A stretch of 59,876 bases of DNA, the filler included, from Catajapyx aquilonaris (Eukaryota): the NCBI GenBank assembly GCA_000934665.2. It is 3 parts of 3 records of this genome, joined end to end, with 100 filler letters (N's around TTAATTAATTAA, not from the genome) between each part and the next. Parts side by side here need not be neighbours in the genome. Positions count along the whole stretch, not along the records: positions 14,232 to 28,369 come from JYFJ02007873.1; positions 28,470 to 59,876 come from KZ539745.1; 1 more part is not named here. One strand, 5' to 3'. The translations under genes and the position numbers were made by a program. This document shows positions 25,814 through 39,100 of this stretch, piece after piece. The notes under the pieces are model-generated. The model searched no databases, was not told the DNA's origin, and saw only the letters and a program-made list of their open reading frames with translations. Every line of letters begins with the position of its first letter. Position 1 is the stretch's first letter.

Positions 25814-25919
25814 GTACTATATCGCTCAAAATGATAGAGACGATTGGCATTTGATTCAAGTGCAAGTTGCACTTGAGTCAAATGCAAAATCGTCTCTATC
25901 TTTTTGGGCGATATAGTAC
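25814..25919. mobile_element. Hairpin MITE
   Basis: GTACTATATCGCTCAAAATGATAGAGACGATTGGCATTTGATTCAAGTGCAA folds onto its near-perfect reverse complement ending GCGATATAGTAC. Confidence 0.8.
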
Positions 25920-26063
25920 ATACGGTACGTGATATTGCAAATTATGTGTACATGCCGCATTTTTCATTAAAATTCCATATTTATTTCCATGATTTTATGT
26001 CACAAAATTCAAGCGTACGTGCGATTACGTCAGTGGAACCAACAGTGTTATATCACGAGAGAG

Positions 26064-26299
26064 CCGGCCCTCGGGGGGGGGGGGGGGGGGGGNGGGGCGC
26101 AACAGGGGCCCCTACCCCAGGCCCCGCGCTGGAGAAGGCCTCGCGCTTGGGAAGACAACGGGCAACTTACGGAATTGTACAAAACTGAGAAATCCCCGCA
26201 TATTACGCAATTCGTGTTCTTGTTCGTGTTGTTCATAAATTCACTCACTGAGAATTTAGTTCTTGCCCTAGGTCCTGCACCCACCTAGGGCCAGCCCTA
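26064..26299. mobile_element. Degraded hAT-like MITE
   Basis: GCCGGCCCTCGGGG ... CCTAGGGCCAGCCCT ends with GGCCCC subterminal motifs. TSD not resolved. Confidence 0.4.
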
Positions 26300-27384
26300 G
26301 TACAAATGCACAGGGCCTTATGAAAGTTTGCCGGGACTGATGGTCTTTCAAGTCTGTTATAACCGAATGTCCGTTATAGCTGAGGCTGCATGTTATGGTT
26401 ATATCTGGATTCAACTGTATTTACAATAGCCTACATAATTCAATCATCATATACCACATACAGGCTTTAAGTCAGCCACTCCATACACAACTGTATCTAA
26501 TGCCACTTTCTGTGCAGTCTGTGGAAATCCTCATGTGAAAACTTACGGTGAAAGGGTAGGTTCTCTCAAATAAGACAAGGAGTTGTCAAGACGTGAGACA
26601 AGGTTCTTCGAAATTGATCATAACATGATATTACCACTCTGAAGTCTGAATCTCTGAAAGCCCATTTTTGTGCCCTCATCATGCAGGCATCACATTTAGG
26701 TTTTCATAGAGCTTGGCACTAAAGATAAAATGATTTAAGAAGTTGCAGTGAACCAGGCATAGCAGTAATTATTATTTTACTTTAAGACATCAAACTCAAG
26801 TTTCTTCAGTAAATAAATTTGACCGGATTGGCAAAAGCTGACCAACACCTTGCAATATATCTGGCCAGATTATGTTTTACTGCAGGGGAGTTCAGTGATC
26901 CCCACGTTCATAGTTACACTACCGGTATTTCAGTATTTGCATGAATGGAAGTTAAATATGATGTATAAGATTTAAATCGTGGTTTCTTAATATGAATATT
27001 TTTTCAGTGCATTGATGCATTGATATGCCGATAATAATGATTGCTGAGACTGTCTGCAAGATTCGCAATGGGGAATCTGCTTTATACACCTTCAAATGCC
27101 AAATCTGTTTAAGCTCAGTTACTTTAATTCTGTTATTTTTCATATAAAGGCATGTTTTTATGAACCCTGAGTTCGAAATTATTACCTCATGGAATAGGCC
27201 TGCATAAAATACCAAAAGTGAAGTGAAGTCGATCTGGGGAAAGCTATACAATTATGAACAGGGTGCCATGTATTATCAAAAATACGGTATTAAAATGTAT
27301 CAATTTGCAATTTGTGAAAATTGGAGGCAAAGATTGTGGGGATATTGTGCCCACAATCTTGAAGTACAAATAACTGCATCATCA

Positions 27385-27760
27385 TATGAGGGCGAGTCAA
27401 TAAATAATGAGAAGGAATTTAGTATCCACAGTAAGCATGGTCCAGGTTGATGTCGGGTTTTTTGAGGTAGTCCCCATGGAGTTGTATGTACAGTACTTGG
27501 CCCAATGTGTCTGGCAGTCGTGGAAGACATGCATGAGACCATCCTTTGATATCATTTTTGGAACCTCTTCCTCCTTCTTCTTAATGGCTGTTGATGATCC
27601 AAAACAGTGGCCCCGCAGTACTGATTGCAGACAAGGGAACAGAAAACAGTCACAGGGAGCTAAGTCCGGGCTATTTCGCACACATTCAATATTCCGATGT
27701 TTCATTGGGTCAAATATTGGGCAACGTTGTGGCCGCGCATTATCCTGGTATACACTCACC
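27385..27760 (-). mobile_element. Mariner transposon 3' remnant
   Basis: QDNARP...SPDLAPCDCFLFPCLQSVLRGHCF...HWAKYC matches the mariner HDNARPH/YSPDLAPxDF(F/Y)LF catalytic region; TA-TGAGGGCGAGTCAATAAAT TIR-like end at about 27385. Confidence 0.85.
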
Positions 27761-28272
27761 CATTTTCATTGTAACATTATTTTCGTATGGTACCAGAAGC
27801 ATTCCAAAAAATTTGGCAAGGATCAAAATTACGGAATTCTACCTCGGTTATTGCCACATGCCGGCCACCCCCGGGTTATACCGGCGTGCCAGAATATGAG
27901 AGGTAATACGGTATGAGAGTTAACAAGACACTGCTGTATATTTTTTGCTCAAGTCATTTGTGACTGTTAACGAGTCTTGAGGATTGTACTACTACAATAA
28001 TGTGAAATCCTGTTAACAATGAAATATGACACATGTGTTAAACGCTAGTTTTATATTGTTCTTATATTTTGTCTTGCAGTATAATGTTGGATGTGAAATG
28101 ATATGAACTCCGCTAAATGAACCTTAAAAAGTGCATTGGAAAAAGGTTTATTATTCATTTATCCCATGAAATCGAGTACAAAGTTGTCGCAAAATGTAAA
28201 ATACGAAATATCCAGTCAGTTTTAGATATGCAGATAGACACGGTGTAGCAATCCATATATTCATATCTAAGT

Positions 28273-28369
28273 TACGAGGGGTGTTATATAAGTTCGTGGT
28301 TTCAAGTAGACATACGCGAGACATGACAAAGAAACAATTTTATTTCTCAACATAGTACCCACACCGGTC
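28273..28369. mobile_element. Mariner-type TIR end cut by the contig break
   Basis: TA-CGAGGGGTGTTATATAAGTT ... TTTTATTTCTCAACATAGT resembles mariner terminal sequence. Confidence 0.5.
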
Positions 28370-28469
28370 NNNNNNNNNNNNNNNNNNNNNNNNNNNNNNN
28401 NNNNNNNNNNNNNTTAATTAATTAANNNNNNNNNNNNNNNNNNNNNNNNNNNNNNNNNNNNNNNNNNNN
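28370..28469. other. Artificial contig linker
   Basis: 44 N + TTAATTAATTAA + 44 N, identical to 14132-14231. Confidence 0.92.
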
Positions 28470-28571
28470 TTTGAACCAGATGAATAGGTAATAAAGATTA
28501 ATAGATAATTTAATGCAATAACCATTGAGTTCCTGAGACTTATTGTAGTCTACTACTCCCCCTATTTCCTG

Positions 28572-28821
28572 CGGAGGTCATTAGCATGCTCCCTGTAGGT
28601 CCTACCTCGAAATGTCCCTATCCAACATTGATCAGGATGGTCTGGGCTGCAACATATCCAATTTTCAGCCAAATCGAACGGAAAACCAGATCATATCCCA
28701 TATGACATTCGGAGGTCAATAGCACGCTCCCTGTAGGTCCTACCTCGAAATGTCCCTATCTAACATTGATCAGGACGGTCTGGGCTACAACATATCCAAT
28801 TTTCAGTCAAATCGAACGGAA
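28572..28821. repeat. Tandem duplication, about 110-bp unit, about 138-bp period
   Basis: CGGAGGTCA(T/A)TAGCA(T/C)GCTCCCTGTAGGTCCTACCTCGAAATGTCCCTATC...AAATCGAACGGAA at 28572 and 28710. Confidence 0.85.
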
Positions 28822-31133
28822 GGCTACTCGCCCATATATTTTGTGCCTCATCCTTTGGTCGCTTGTGTCATATCACTGGTCTCATATGGTGTTCCAAGTT
28901 GTGGTAGTACCGGGCATTGTCATGGCATATCACCACCTCGATCTTAACCGAAAGCTCCGTTCTAACTTCGATGGCATGGCTTAGGCCAGTGCACGAAGAT
29001 GCGGTCCCTTTGAACTACCCTGTCCCCGTCACCAGTAGAACAATCGGGTCCAAACTTGACATGAACAAGCCCCACCTCTCTCTGGATCTCCCTTCTTGCG
29101 CAGAAGCCACAACCCCGTTTGCTTGCGTAAGGGGAACAGGGTTGCCACTATTTAAAATCCAACCCTCGTATGTCGACAAGTTTTTGAGTTATAGGATTTT
29201 TAAATTGGGACATTCTTTTTCGATATTTTTTTACTTTTTTCAAACGTCAATGCATATTGTGATACCAAGACAGCTGTTTAACCCTAATAAGACGGGCGTT
29301 TTTTTCAGATTTTGCCAGAATCCACAAAAAAATCGCTTGCGTTGTCATTTGAGGGACCACACGTAACTAATCTAGTGAATAACATCGTGTAGTGTCTAGG
29401 CTTGATCCTGAGGCCATTTATGGGACCCTCTTGCCATACCATGCGGAGATTTAAATTCATAAAAGTCTCAACAGATGCCGCAGGGGTGCTTTTCGCTCCT
29501 ACGTATTTTTTCTCCAATTTTTTGTCACTCCTGCGCTGACAAGAAGTATATGTGTATGTCGCCCTGGCGCTGCTGAACAGACCAGTACGCATGAATCATA
29601 CGTCACAGGACAGGAATCCCAGCTACAGAGACAAACATACACTCCCCCACCCGAGTGAAAACCTGCCTCACTCCATAGCTGTTAAAAAGCCCTGTGGGGC
29701 ATGCGCCTCTCCATCTTGGCGAAGGCCGGGTGGGAGTTGTGCAGTGGCCCAGTGAAATCGAGTGAATAACTCCTGCAAATTGAGGTACAGGTTGAGAATC
29801 CTTTAATATCCAAAATTCCAAAATCTTAAAGTTTTTGAGTGCTGACACCTTAGAGAGGGTACAAATACATTTACATAATTATGATTAGCCTCTTATCACA
29901 ATTTCTTGCAGAACCCCTAGCGATTTCTCACAGAACCCTGGGGTTGAGAATTGTCAGTCTAAACAATACTCCACTGTATCCCCCAACAAGTTATGAATTA
30001 CAAATTGAAAGGGATGCAATTTTGAAAGCACCTGAAAACAGTTCCAATTTGCACTGACAGAGAGCAGAAATAATGCCATATGATGCTGCTACTGTGAAAA
30101 GGACAGAGTCCACATGGGAGTCTTGTGCAGGTTTTTAATATGAGATTTGTTAATTGTGAACCATCAGGATATGGGATTCTGAAAATCTAATCAAATTCAC
30201 GGAGTATCAGAGAAACCGTCCAAAATGAAGAGATTTCTGTGTCATAAGCCGAGAGCAAATGGGTCCTGGTTCACTGTGAACTTCATCAACAGATATGTGC
30301 ATTTTGACATGCACGATAACTTTTGCATCCGCTGCAGGAAAGGTGTATGTGAAGGATCTGGTGTATGTCTCACTATTCCCACAATATTCCTAGTTGTGCT
30401 GCAGGAGCATACCATCACTGCTGTGATAAATGTTGACCGGTATCTGCTCACCCCATTTGGGATAAAGTACATATCAATGGGGCATATCATATACACACAG
30501 GCGAAATCCACTATGTCCAATTTAGGTTGTTTGAGATATTTATGCCACCACTGTTTTCTCCCTCCCCCGCCCTCTCTCCCTCCCTCTCTCTCTCTGTCTC
30601 ACCTAGTGAAATCCATTTAGTCCTAAAGATTTGCAATGACCCAGCAAACCAGGATTTTCTGCCTTCACTTGCATGTAAAATGGTGCAAGGTCATATCATT
30701 GCTTTGGATTGTCTCAAAACTGACTTTTTGAACTTCATAGATTTCTACTGTATGCCCACATTACGTTGTGTAACATGAAATTATATGTCAACACCAGAAT
30801 TTTTTTTAAAGCATGTTGGAAACGAGTGCCCAATATATTTTGGGATGCCCCATAATTTTTTTAAAAAAAGCAGTACTTTCAAATTGACCCAAACACATGT
30901 TCCTGTTTGAATGTTAAAGTGCAATTTATTTCATGAACAATAGATGGTTGCATAATTTTCTTGGGATGTACTCATCCCCCTGCCATGTTAAAGTTAACCA
31001 ATGTCTATGAGTTTTGTGACACTGCCATGTGCTACTATTTACTTCCATTCCTAGTGACTTATTGACTGATAAAATTCTATACTGTTGCCAGAGTGATGGA
31101 AAGCAGACATGCAAGTAAGAATGACAACTCCAA

Positions 31134-31535
31134 GGGGCCGTCCATAATCCGCGCTGACAGATTTTTTCACTTTTTTACCTCCCCTTTGCGGACAGAAGCG
31201 GACAATATCTTACCTCCCCCCCTAAAAATTGCGCGGACATGGCCTCCTTGACCCCCCCCCCCCCTGCCCCCGCTTCGCCACACTGAAAGTGTTATTTTCG
31301 ATATATTGGTATTTTTTATTTTTTGATATCTACACACAAATTCCTTTTTCCAGAGGCATTACGGTATATTTGAGAGGTCTGACTAAAAAAACGGCCGAGT
31401 CCTTAATATTCATTTGACGTTTATTGTCCGCGCGTACAACTGACTTCTACCCCCACCCCCCTGTACGGACAAAAGCGGACAAAGTGCAACCCCCCTCCCC
31501 CCCTTCACTTGTCCGCGCGGATTATGGACGGCCCC
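31134..31535. mobile_element. PIF/Harbinger-type MITE
   Basis: Perfect 21-bp TIR GGGGCCGTCCATAATCCGCGC / GCGCGGATTATGGACGGCCCC, 3-bp TSD CAA, repeated GCGGACA subterminal motifs. Confidence 0.85.
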
Positions 31536-32587
31536 CAAGGTAGAAAATTAGATTTGGTACAAAAAGTGTCAGGCAAGCTGTCACCTTGTGGTGCAATTCA
31601 AGTGCATGAAAGATAGCAAGTAGCACAACAGCTGGGAAAACAATGCAGTTCATTCACATCCAGATAGTAATTGAAAACACACTGACTTTGGCATTGCATG
31701 AACCACTCTTTATCTTACAGAGTGTAATCAGGAGAACATGCTTCATTATGCTGATGGTGGTGTGAGGATGTATTGGAAGGAAGGGTGTCAGTATTTCACA
31801 CATGGTAGCTAGCATGCTAGGCATCGCAGATGCAAAAGTGACACTCTTCCTTTCTATTCTGGATTGTGTATAAAACAGTCATCATTTAGAATCTTGCTTT
31901 TTTGCAAGTTTTTACAATTTGGATTATGCCACCATCCTTTCTGAAAGTGGGCAAAGATAATATGCTTAATTGCTAGGAGGATATGCATGAGAGTGAAAAT
32001 GTCATTATATTTACATTCATTGCATTTAAAATTATAGTGGAGCAATCAATAGGCTAAGAATAGAAATTAAAAATTCACGATTTATGATTGCTGTCAGGAA
32101 GGTGACATCTCATTTCTGTTCTACTAGAAAGTATATGCAAGTGGTAGGTAGCATAGTACATCAAAAATTATTCTCGAAAATCATAACAGAATCCCTTACA
32201 CTCTTACAGGATCATTTTTACCTTTAACTCCACCAATTTTTAGTATAAGTTGTTCCTAATATTGTGAGATTAAAGCAGGAAGCTCAGTTATCTCCTATGT
32301 ATTTTGGTATTGCAGAAATTCTCATTTGCAATAATTCGTAATTTTGCAATTTTTCCTGTACAGGCAGCCCCTGACTTATGTAAATGGATGGTTTTGCAAC
32401 CATATGCGTAAGTCGAATTTTACTTAACTTGAAGCCTGTTTTACACGATATTGGAGTGACTGTCATAATCAATTGAGGCCCTTGCGAGTGGGAGGAGATT
32501 CCTTGTGAGGCCACCAAGCTGGGTGTAAATGTCTGCCATGTATAAACTGAGCTGGGAATGGGTCTTGGTAGGGAAGTTTGAGATGAT

Positions 32588-32589
<2 letters not shown>

Positions 32590-32628
<39 letters not shown>

Positions 32629-32955
32629 CCTGGGGTAGTGCTTTCACCCCCAAATGGGGGTATATCACACGGACCTTTATTTTTTTTATTGTACAATTGG
32701 TGCCTATTATTTGAAGCGCCCGGGCCCACGGGCAGGATGACAGGAGGGGATGTGCGAAGTGCAGTGCGCAGACTGATATGGGTACATTTTGTGAACTCCC
32801 CCGGGTGGATATGTCTATTGGAGATTCCACCCGAGACTAAGACAAAGACGACCTAAACTCTGCACGAGATGAAGGGGGTGTCCCCGGGCTGGGATCGAAC
32901 CCAGGACCTTAACATCCGTGAGCGTGTACGTTTCCGCAGCACCACTCCGTCTCCC
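32590..32955 (-). mobile_element. tRNA-derived SINE (family A, copy 1)
   Basis: Head with A box TGGTGCTGCGG and B box GGTTCGATCCC, (ATT)n tail, 16-bp TSD AAGTTTGAG(A/T)TGATTT at 32574-32589 and 32956-32971. Second copy at 52272-52613. Confidence 0.9.
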
Positions 32956-33859
32956 AAGTTTGAGTTGATTTGTGTCGCAATTGCACTTTTCCTCGCAATT
33001 GGCAGCATTTATATGTAATCAGTTCTGTCAACTCTGTATATTTTTTTGCATGCTGGAAATTTTGTGTAATTCCAAATCTGTGTAAGTCTGGGGTTGCCTG
33101 TATATCACCGCAGAATATTCCATATTCCAACTGGGTATGAATTTTCTTTTATATGGCAATGGTAGATGAATGCTGATTTTTCGAGTCGCCAATTGCTCAC
33201 TAAAACTGGAATGAATGATATTAGATCCAAAATCATGGCTCCCCATTATGTCGATCCAATTTGAAGGGGCCTTATCCTGTGTAACGAGTGTTGCAAAGTA
33301 ATTTATTTGACTAACTGTCAGTCAAGTTGAAAATCTCAAAATCGAATGTAACTTAATAGTGCAAGTAAAATTAAGTAAAAATTATTAGAGGTCACTGGAG
33401 TTTCCAACGTAAACAACTGGGGTGGGCAGCAAGACCAGAGTAGATAGGACAAAACTTGAGTTTTTCATATTCATCTTACATTACTAGGAACAACTTCCAC
33501 TAAACATTGGGACTGTTCAAGAGTGGTTCAAGGTAAGAATAATCCTGGAAAGGATCCAATGGTTACTCAAGGAAGTGCAATTTCTGGCACCGTCATCAGT
33601 GCAGAAGCATCTCTTAGCTGGGTGCATTGCAACATTGCAGACATTGTTTCATTTGTCTGCTTTTACCATGCATAATCTACAAGCACTTTAAAGCTTGCTA
33701 GGTAAATTATTTTTCAGGTGCTACAGGGATGTTTTCTCATTCACCACAAGCTTTTTAAATCCACCCATACTAATATTCGTACAACACCGAAGTTTTTCAC
33801 ATTTTTCCATTGCATTGGCTGTGACATCCAAAAAATTACAATTGTTAAATTTCAAACAT

Positions 33860-34800
33860 GACTTCAAAAAATATCGAAAAAGAATGTCCCAATTTTAAAA
33901 CCCTATAACTCGAGAACTTGTGGACACATCTCAATGATTGAAGTTTTGAAATGTTAAGAAATGTCTAAAGTTTTGGTCTCACCTTACTTTGTTTCGATAT
34001 AAGCTTCATTTGTTGCTCGAGAAATAAAAAAAATACTGTATTCGGTCTCGCGCCTAACCCGCTAAATCTTACCTGGAGTTACCGTTGCGATCCTAACCCG
34101 TATGTGTTGGAAGATGACTGGTCTTTACACGACAAACATTGTTCTTGATGATGCACATGAAAAGTAGCTTCATCCAAACAAACCTGCCGTAGGAAAGTTT
34201 CCCAGTGCGTAACCCCCCAGAAGCTCAGATCTTACCCTGCTTGACTTTTTTGTGGAGATACATGTATGGTGAAAAGATCTGGAATCATCAGCACCTACGG
34301 GAAAAGATTGCGATGATAACGCCAGACATGATAATTATGTCTGAGCTAGTTAGGCATGACACCGATCACCATATTTACATTTGCCGAGAGACAAATGGAG
34401 CTCATATCGAAACAAACTAAGGTAAGCCCAAAACGTTAGACATTTCTTAGCATTTCAAAACTTAAATCATTAAGATAGGCCTAGACGTTTTTGAGCTATA
34501 GGATTGAAAAATTGGGAGTTTTTTTCTATATTTTTTGACTTTTTTCCAACTTGAATGCATATTGTGATGCACCTACGACTTTTTTGTGAATAAAAAATAA
34601 TATATCTTGACCAAGACGGTTGTTTAAGCCTAATATCAAGACTGGATGACCATAAAGTCCTCTGAGAGATCATGTCATCATGCGACAGGCATCAAAATGT
34701 TTCAAAAACTAAAATCGGATTTGAATTCAGCACACTCAAATTAGTTAAGAACAAGTGCTGGTATCAATGCAACCAAAAAGTTGTTCCCCAGAGAGTGTAA
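33860..34800 (+). mobile_element. Internally deleted Tc1/mariner-superfamily element with long inverted repeats
   Basis: About 160-bp diverged inverted arms (33862-34020 / 34385-34540). Remnant PRSSDLT-LDFF-W...LREKI...CRETNGAHIE* resembles the PRSPDLTPLDFFLWG transposase C-terminus. Related arm at about 29165-29270. Outer limits uncertain. Confidence 0.65.
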
Positions 34801-36066
34801 TTGTTTGCTGTACCTTGTAATTTTGGTGGAAATCTCACACCAATCTTGTGGATGCCATAAATGTTTTTCTGGTTCAAAAAGAGTTGCCAGACAGTGACTC
34901 TCCTCAAGAGAAAGTTTACTGTATGCTTTGGTTAACCAAGGTCAAGTAAGTCACTTTTGAATGTTTGGCTTTCTGACAATCATCATAGCCTGGGAAATGA
35001 GGAGTTCTTGAATTATGGGATGATTTTGATTTGACATTTGGATGAGGTTTACCCATGAGACAACAAACATTCAGATTTCATTAGTTGCTTGACTCATATA
35101 TGGCCAGTGAATTGAAGCCTAAGTCCATGAGCTGTTCAAGGGTAACTGATATGAGCTCCACTGACCAACACGTGTACCATCTCAATGAAGCCGTCTGTCG
35201 GTTTTATATACACTTGTAAGAAATCATGTGCAGTTTTATACCAAAAACCAATAATATATTGTGGTGGATGTAATTGTTAATGTTACCGGTACCACATGTA
35301 ACCCCTGCAAGGGCTAGAGCCTTATAAGGGAAGTCTGTATATGTATGAATAACTCATTGTTCTCTAACAATGCTACTGTAAACAATACCAAGAAGGTACA
35401 TTCCAGTAAGCAGATGGAAGCAATAGAACCATTTCTCAGAACTTACACCAGCTCTTTCAGAAATAATCCTAGTGTTTGGACTGATATCAGGAAGTGACAA
35501 CTAATTGGAGGATTTATTCAAGATGTCTGGTATTTTGCTGCCTGGGACTGGCAGCATGTGCCCAAACCCACTGAGCCCCTGCCTATAAATCTTTCCTTGT
35601 AATCTTTCTTCCATTTACTGAATAGGCCATCAGGCATGTGCCTACCAGCAGGAGGTCAAAGTGATGTAGCCCATGAATCCACTCCATTTATGTCCATGCA
35701 TAACTTGAGCTAGTGAGCCAGGTGTGCTAGAGAAGAGTTGGAAGAGGTGCATGCCTCAAAGGAATTGCCTGTCACAAATATAGTTTCTTTGCCATGAATT
35801 TTGAATATTTTAAAGATGCGCGGAGCCTACTTTATAGTCGTATGGCGTGAGCTCCGTAATGTTTAGATTCTTTCAAGGCTATTCAGGGTTATAGAGTTGT
35901 TGCATGAAAGCACCAAATTAGTGTGCGTTTAATGCATTTGTTTATTTGAGACTCCAGGAAAGACATGGTACAGATTAATGATGATATCCGTGAAGGTCGA
36001 AATAATAAATAATGCTGATGCTGCTAGGGGGTATGTAATTGATAATTTCTTTTTGTACATTTGCAG

Positions 36067-36197
36067 GCGTGGACTTGCACGAGCAAGTGGCAACCTTGCG
36101 TGATTGGCTGAAGGAGATGGAGGCCCACCTGCAACCTCTGGACTTCTATGCTACCTGGAATATAAAAGATCTGCAGGACAGGGTACAGGATCTCATG
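36067..36197 (+). CDS. klar: klarsicht-like gene, first recognisable coding exon (upstream exons not found)
   Basis: TTTGCAG acceptor, VDLHEQVATLRDWLKEMEAHLQPLDF...DLM, donor ATG|GTAAGT; spectrin-repeat-like helix; phase joins the next exon. Confidence 0.8.
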
Positions 36198-39100
36198 GTA
36201 AGTCCATTTGTATTGCTATAGGTTGATTATCCGGTACACAATATTGCATTGATTGCTTTTGGGCCGACCCATCAGGGTGCCTTCTGATTTATAAGAAGCA
36301 GTTACCTGAAAACCTGAAATTCCAGGTAAATGGGCATTGAGCATGTCAAAAGCAATATGCCATTGCTGCCATTATGATTAATAACCAAGCATCCCTCCCA
36401 CCTGGGGAATGACATTTTGGGACTCGCCTGCCCAAGAATAATTAACCTGCCTGTCATGGGAACAAGGGACATAATTTTTTTGATCCACCCCTCATATTTT
36501 TTTCGGCGACCTCCCACCCATTTCCACTGTGGAAACGGTATAGGCAAGAGGGGAGGGGACACGATTTAAAATGGGAACTTGTCATGAGGAGTCAGTAACT
36601 CCAGGTGAGCCATCGCAGTGTCAGTTGGCGGCCGCCACCAGGTGAAACCAACCAACCNCACCCCCAGAAAAAGTGTGTGCTGACGGAAGGCCAGAAACCC
36701 CAGTTTTTTATCCCACCGAAGTAAATCAGTGGATATTTTTAACTGTTACAGCATCGTGTCACAAAAACCATTTCCTGCCAGAACTCTCTTAAATTTTTTT
36801 TTTTTTTAAAGCCTGTAGTTTTTCGCTCGTGCAAACAGGATGCTGGGAGTTGGACATTCATGTATGTATCAGGCACCGTAGTATCAGGTGTGGTAAATAA
36901 AGGAGTAGAAACCACACCTGTTGCCTGCCTTATTTCCAATCCTGTCTGCCGGTCGGCAGGGGTTGGTGCGGGGGCGAGTCGGCCGGTTTGGCTCTGGGAG
37001 GTTCGGGGAGACTGCTTGTGAGTAGTGTGAGTGGTGTGGAGGGAGGATGTGAGCTCCAGGGAAGACCTCTTGGGGGATTAGCAGCCAGGCGGGGCTGACG
37101 GACTGGACAACCCGGTACCTTATAGGTCAGATTAACCTTGGCAGTAGATAAGTCGTTTGGTGTTTTTATTTATTTATTTATTTCCAAGAGGAAAAATATC
37201 GATTGAGAACCGGGGAGATGGATCAATGGGGAGACGCGGAAGATTTTTAGGAACAGGTTGTGTGGTATATGACAGCTGGTAATTAACGGCAGGTTGAGTC
37301 TGATTGCAGGTAACCATACGCTGTTAATCACTTTTTAAAAAAATGGTCGAGGTGTCACGTGTGGCTGATTGTAGAGGGTATAATGGGTTGTACCTTGATC
37401 TGTGGCGTTCTGTTTGCAGGGTGCAATTCGCCGATAATTGCGGTTGACGTCACCTGGTTTTATTCCCATGTATGTCTCCCCCATCGTGTTTGCGGAAAGG
37501 AAGTGGAGGTGGGGGGGGGGGGGGNNNNNNNNNNNNNAGAAGTTGGCAGTTTTTATAATCTAGCATGAATTTTTTTCCCCCTGGGGTGATGTCATGGACT
37601 AAGTGAAAGGAGTGAAGATCACGTGTACCAGGTAGTACAGAGTCAGCTTGGATCGTATAAACTCGATGGAACTTTAATTAACGCGGAACAAAAGAGGCCG
37701 GCCCTATTCCCTCATCAAGATATGGCAGATTCATAAAGCCCTGGGGCGCAGGGCGTAGAAGAAAGTTGCTTTTTCACTAAATTGACTTTTTTTGGGGGGG
37801 TTGGTAGATAATAGAAAATTATTGTGGTCAGCCGCGCGTGGATAACTGCACATATTTGTTGTTTTTTTAAATATGTGAACACGTGTTTGCCTGGATTTTT
37901 CTGAAAAGGCCATGGGAGAGTCACTCGGTCAACCTGATTGTTGTCACAGTACACATTTACTCAGGAGCTAGTTACGGCGAGTGATTTATGGCGCATCAAA
38001 TTAAAGTGACCCAGAAGTGACCGTTGTCTGAGATGCCCCCGGGCGAACGAGGGAGGCAGATTGGTTGCCGCTCCTGTCAGGATGGACCGCTTGTCCCCTC
38101 AAGGTCATTTTCTCCTTTGTCTACACACTGAGAAAGTGCTATCTGTTTACTGTACTTGGAGCCAATACGTGCCTTTTTGGCTGCCAGCCCACACATTATT
38201 CCAGGTATACTATACGACCATGACCTCCACCGGAAATTGGACACCCCACAGCTGACGCAACTGACACCCTTTTCGGAGAGTTGATCACAACATGACGCGA
38301 TGTTGTCAGGTGGCCAGTCGGGTCATCGTCCTTGCCCAGTGTGAATACATGTATAGCTCGGGTGCTGTTTTTAGGCATGATATATTGGCGATTTTGGATG
38401 GGTGCGGCGGGTTTTCGCTCACGATTGTTTTTTTTCCCTGGAAGGTGAGTGGACTCCGGGAGTCATTAGGCAACAAAAGACCCATCATCATCATGCGGAA
38501 GTTGATAATTGTTGTTGACCAAGGTCGGATCTGCTGGATATTCCTGGGGAGTGCTGCGTATATGGCGGTTGTGGTCTGTCAACAAAAATGGGGAGTCCCT
38601 CAGCGCGCTGTAGGGGAGGGTAAAAAACATTTCTTTGAGGAAGGGTACGCCAGGAGGCATCGAACCAGAGGATTATTCCTCCTCCCGGCTCAGTTGGTTC
38701 TTCGACCATGTTGGATCCGGGTCTAGGGTGTCACCGGAATCACTCGTGGGTGTAATTTTCAGGTAAAAAGCACGTGGGTTTTTTTTTTTTTTTTNNNNNN
38801 NNNNNNNNNNNNNNNNNNNNNNNNNNNNNNNNNNNNNNNNNNNNNNNNNNNNNNNNNNNNNNNNNNNNNNNNNNNNNNNNNNNNNNNNNNNNNNNNNNNN
38901 NNNNNNNNGGGGGGGTGTTGTAGGCTTCCAAATCAGATAGCGCCTTTTTTTTCACTATTGGAAAGAGACAGGTTGTACATTGTTTGACCCCGGGGAAGAA
39001 GGGAGTGGTGGCGTATATGTTTTTTTCCCCCCCCGTCGGTCTTCAAGAGCCTCTTTTCTCTTATCGCCAGCTTATCTAGCTGCTCGATCATTCGGAAAAC

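Noticed and set aside
28572..28821. CRISPR-like repeat
   Set aside because: Only two long units, no spacer series, and a eukaryotic context.
30225..30620. 131-aa ORF as an upstream klarsicht exon or transposase
   Set aside because: No convincing splice sites or motifs, and it ends in a CT-rich repeat.
32469..32830. ORFs with poly-Leu/Tyr runs (also poly-Ile at 52526 and ER/SL repeats at 14718 and 50309)
   Set aside because: These are translations of microsatellites.
32870..32955. tRNA gene (also at about 51545, 51985 and 52540)
   Set aside because: A and B boxes are present but there is no proper cloverleaf; each continues into a SINE body, most with a repeat tail and TSD.
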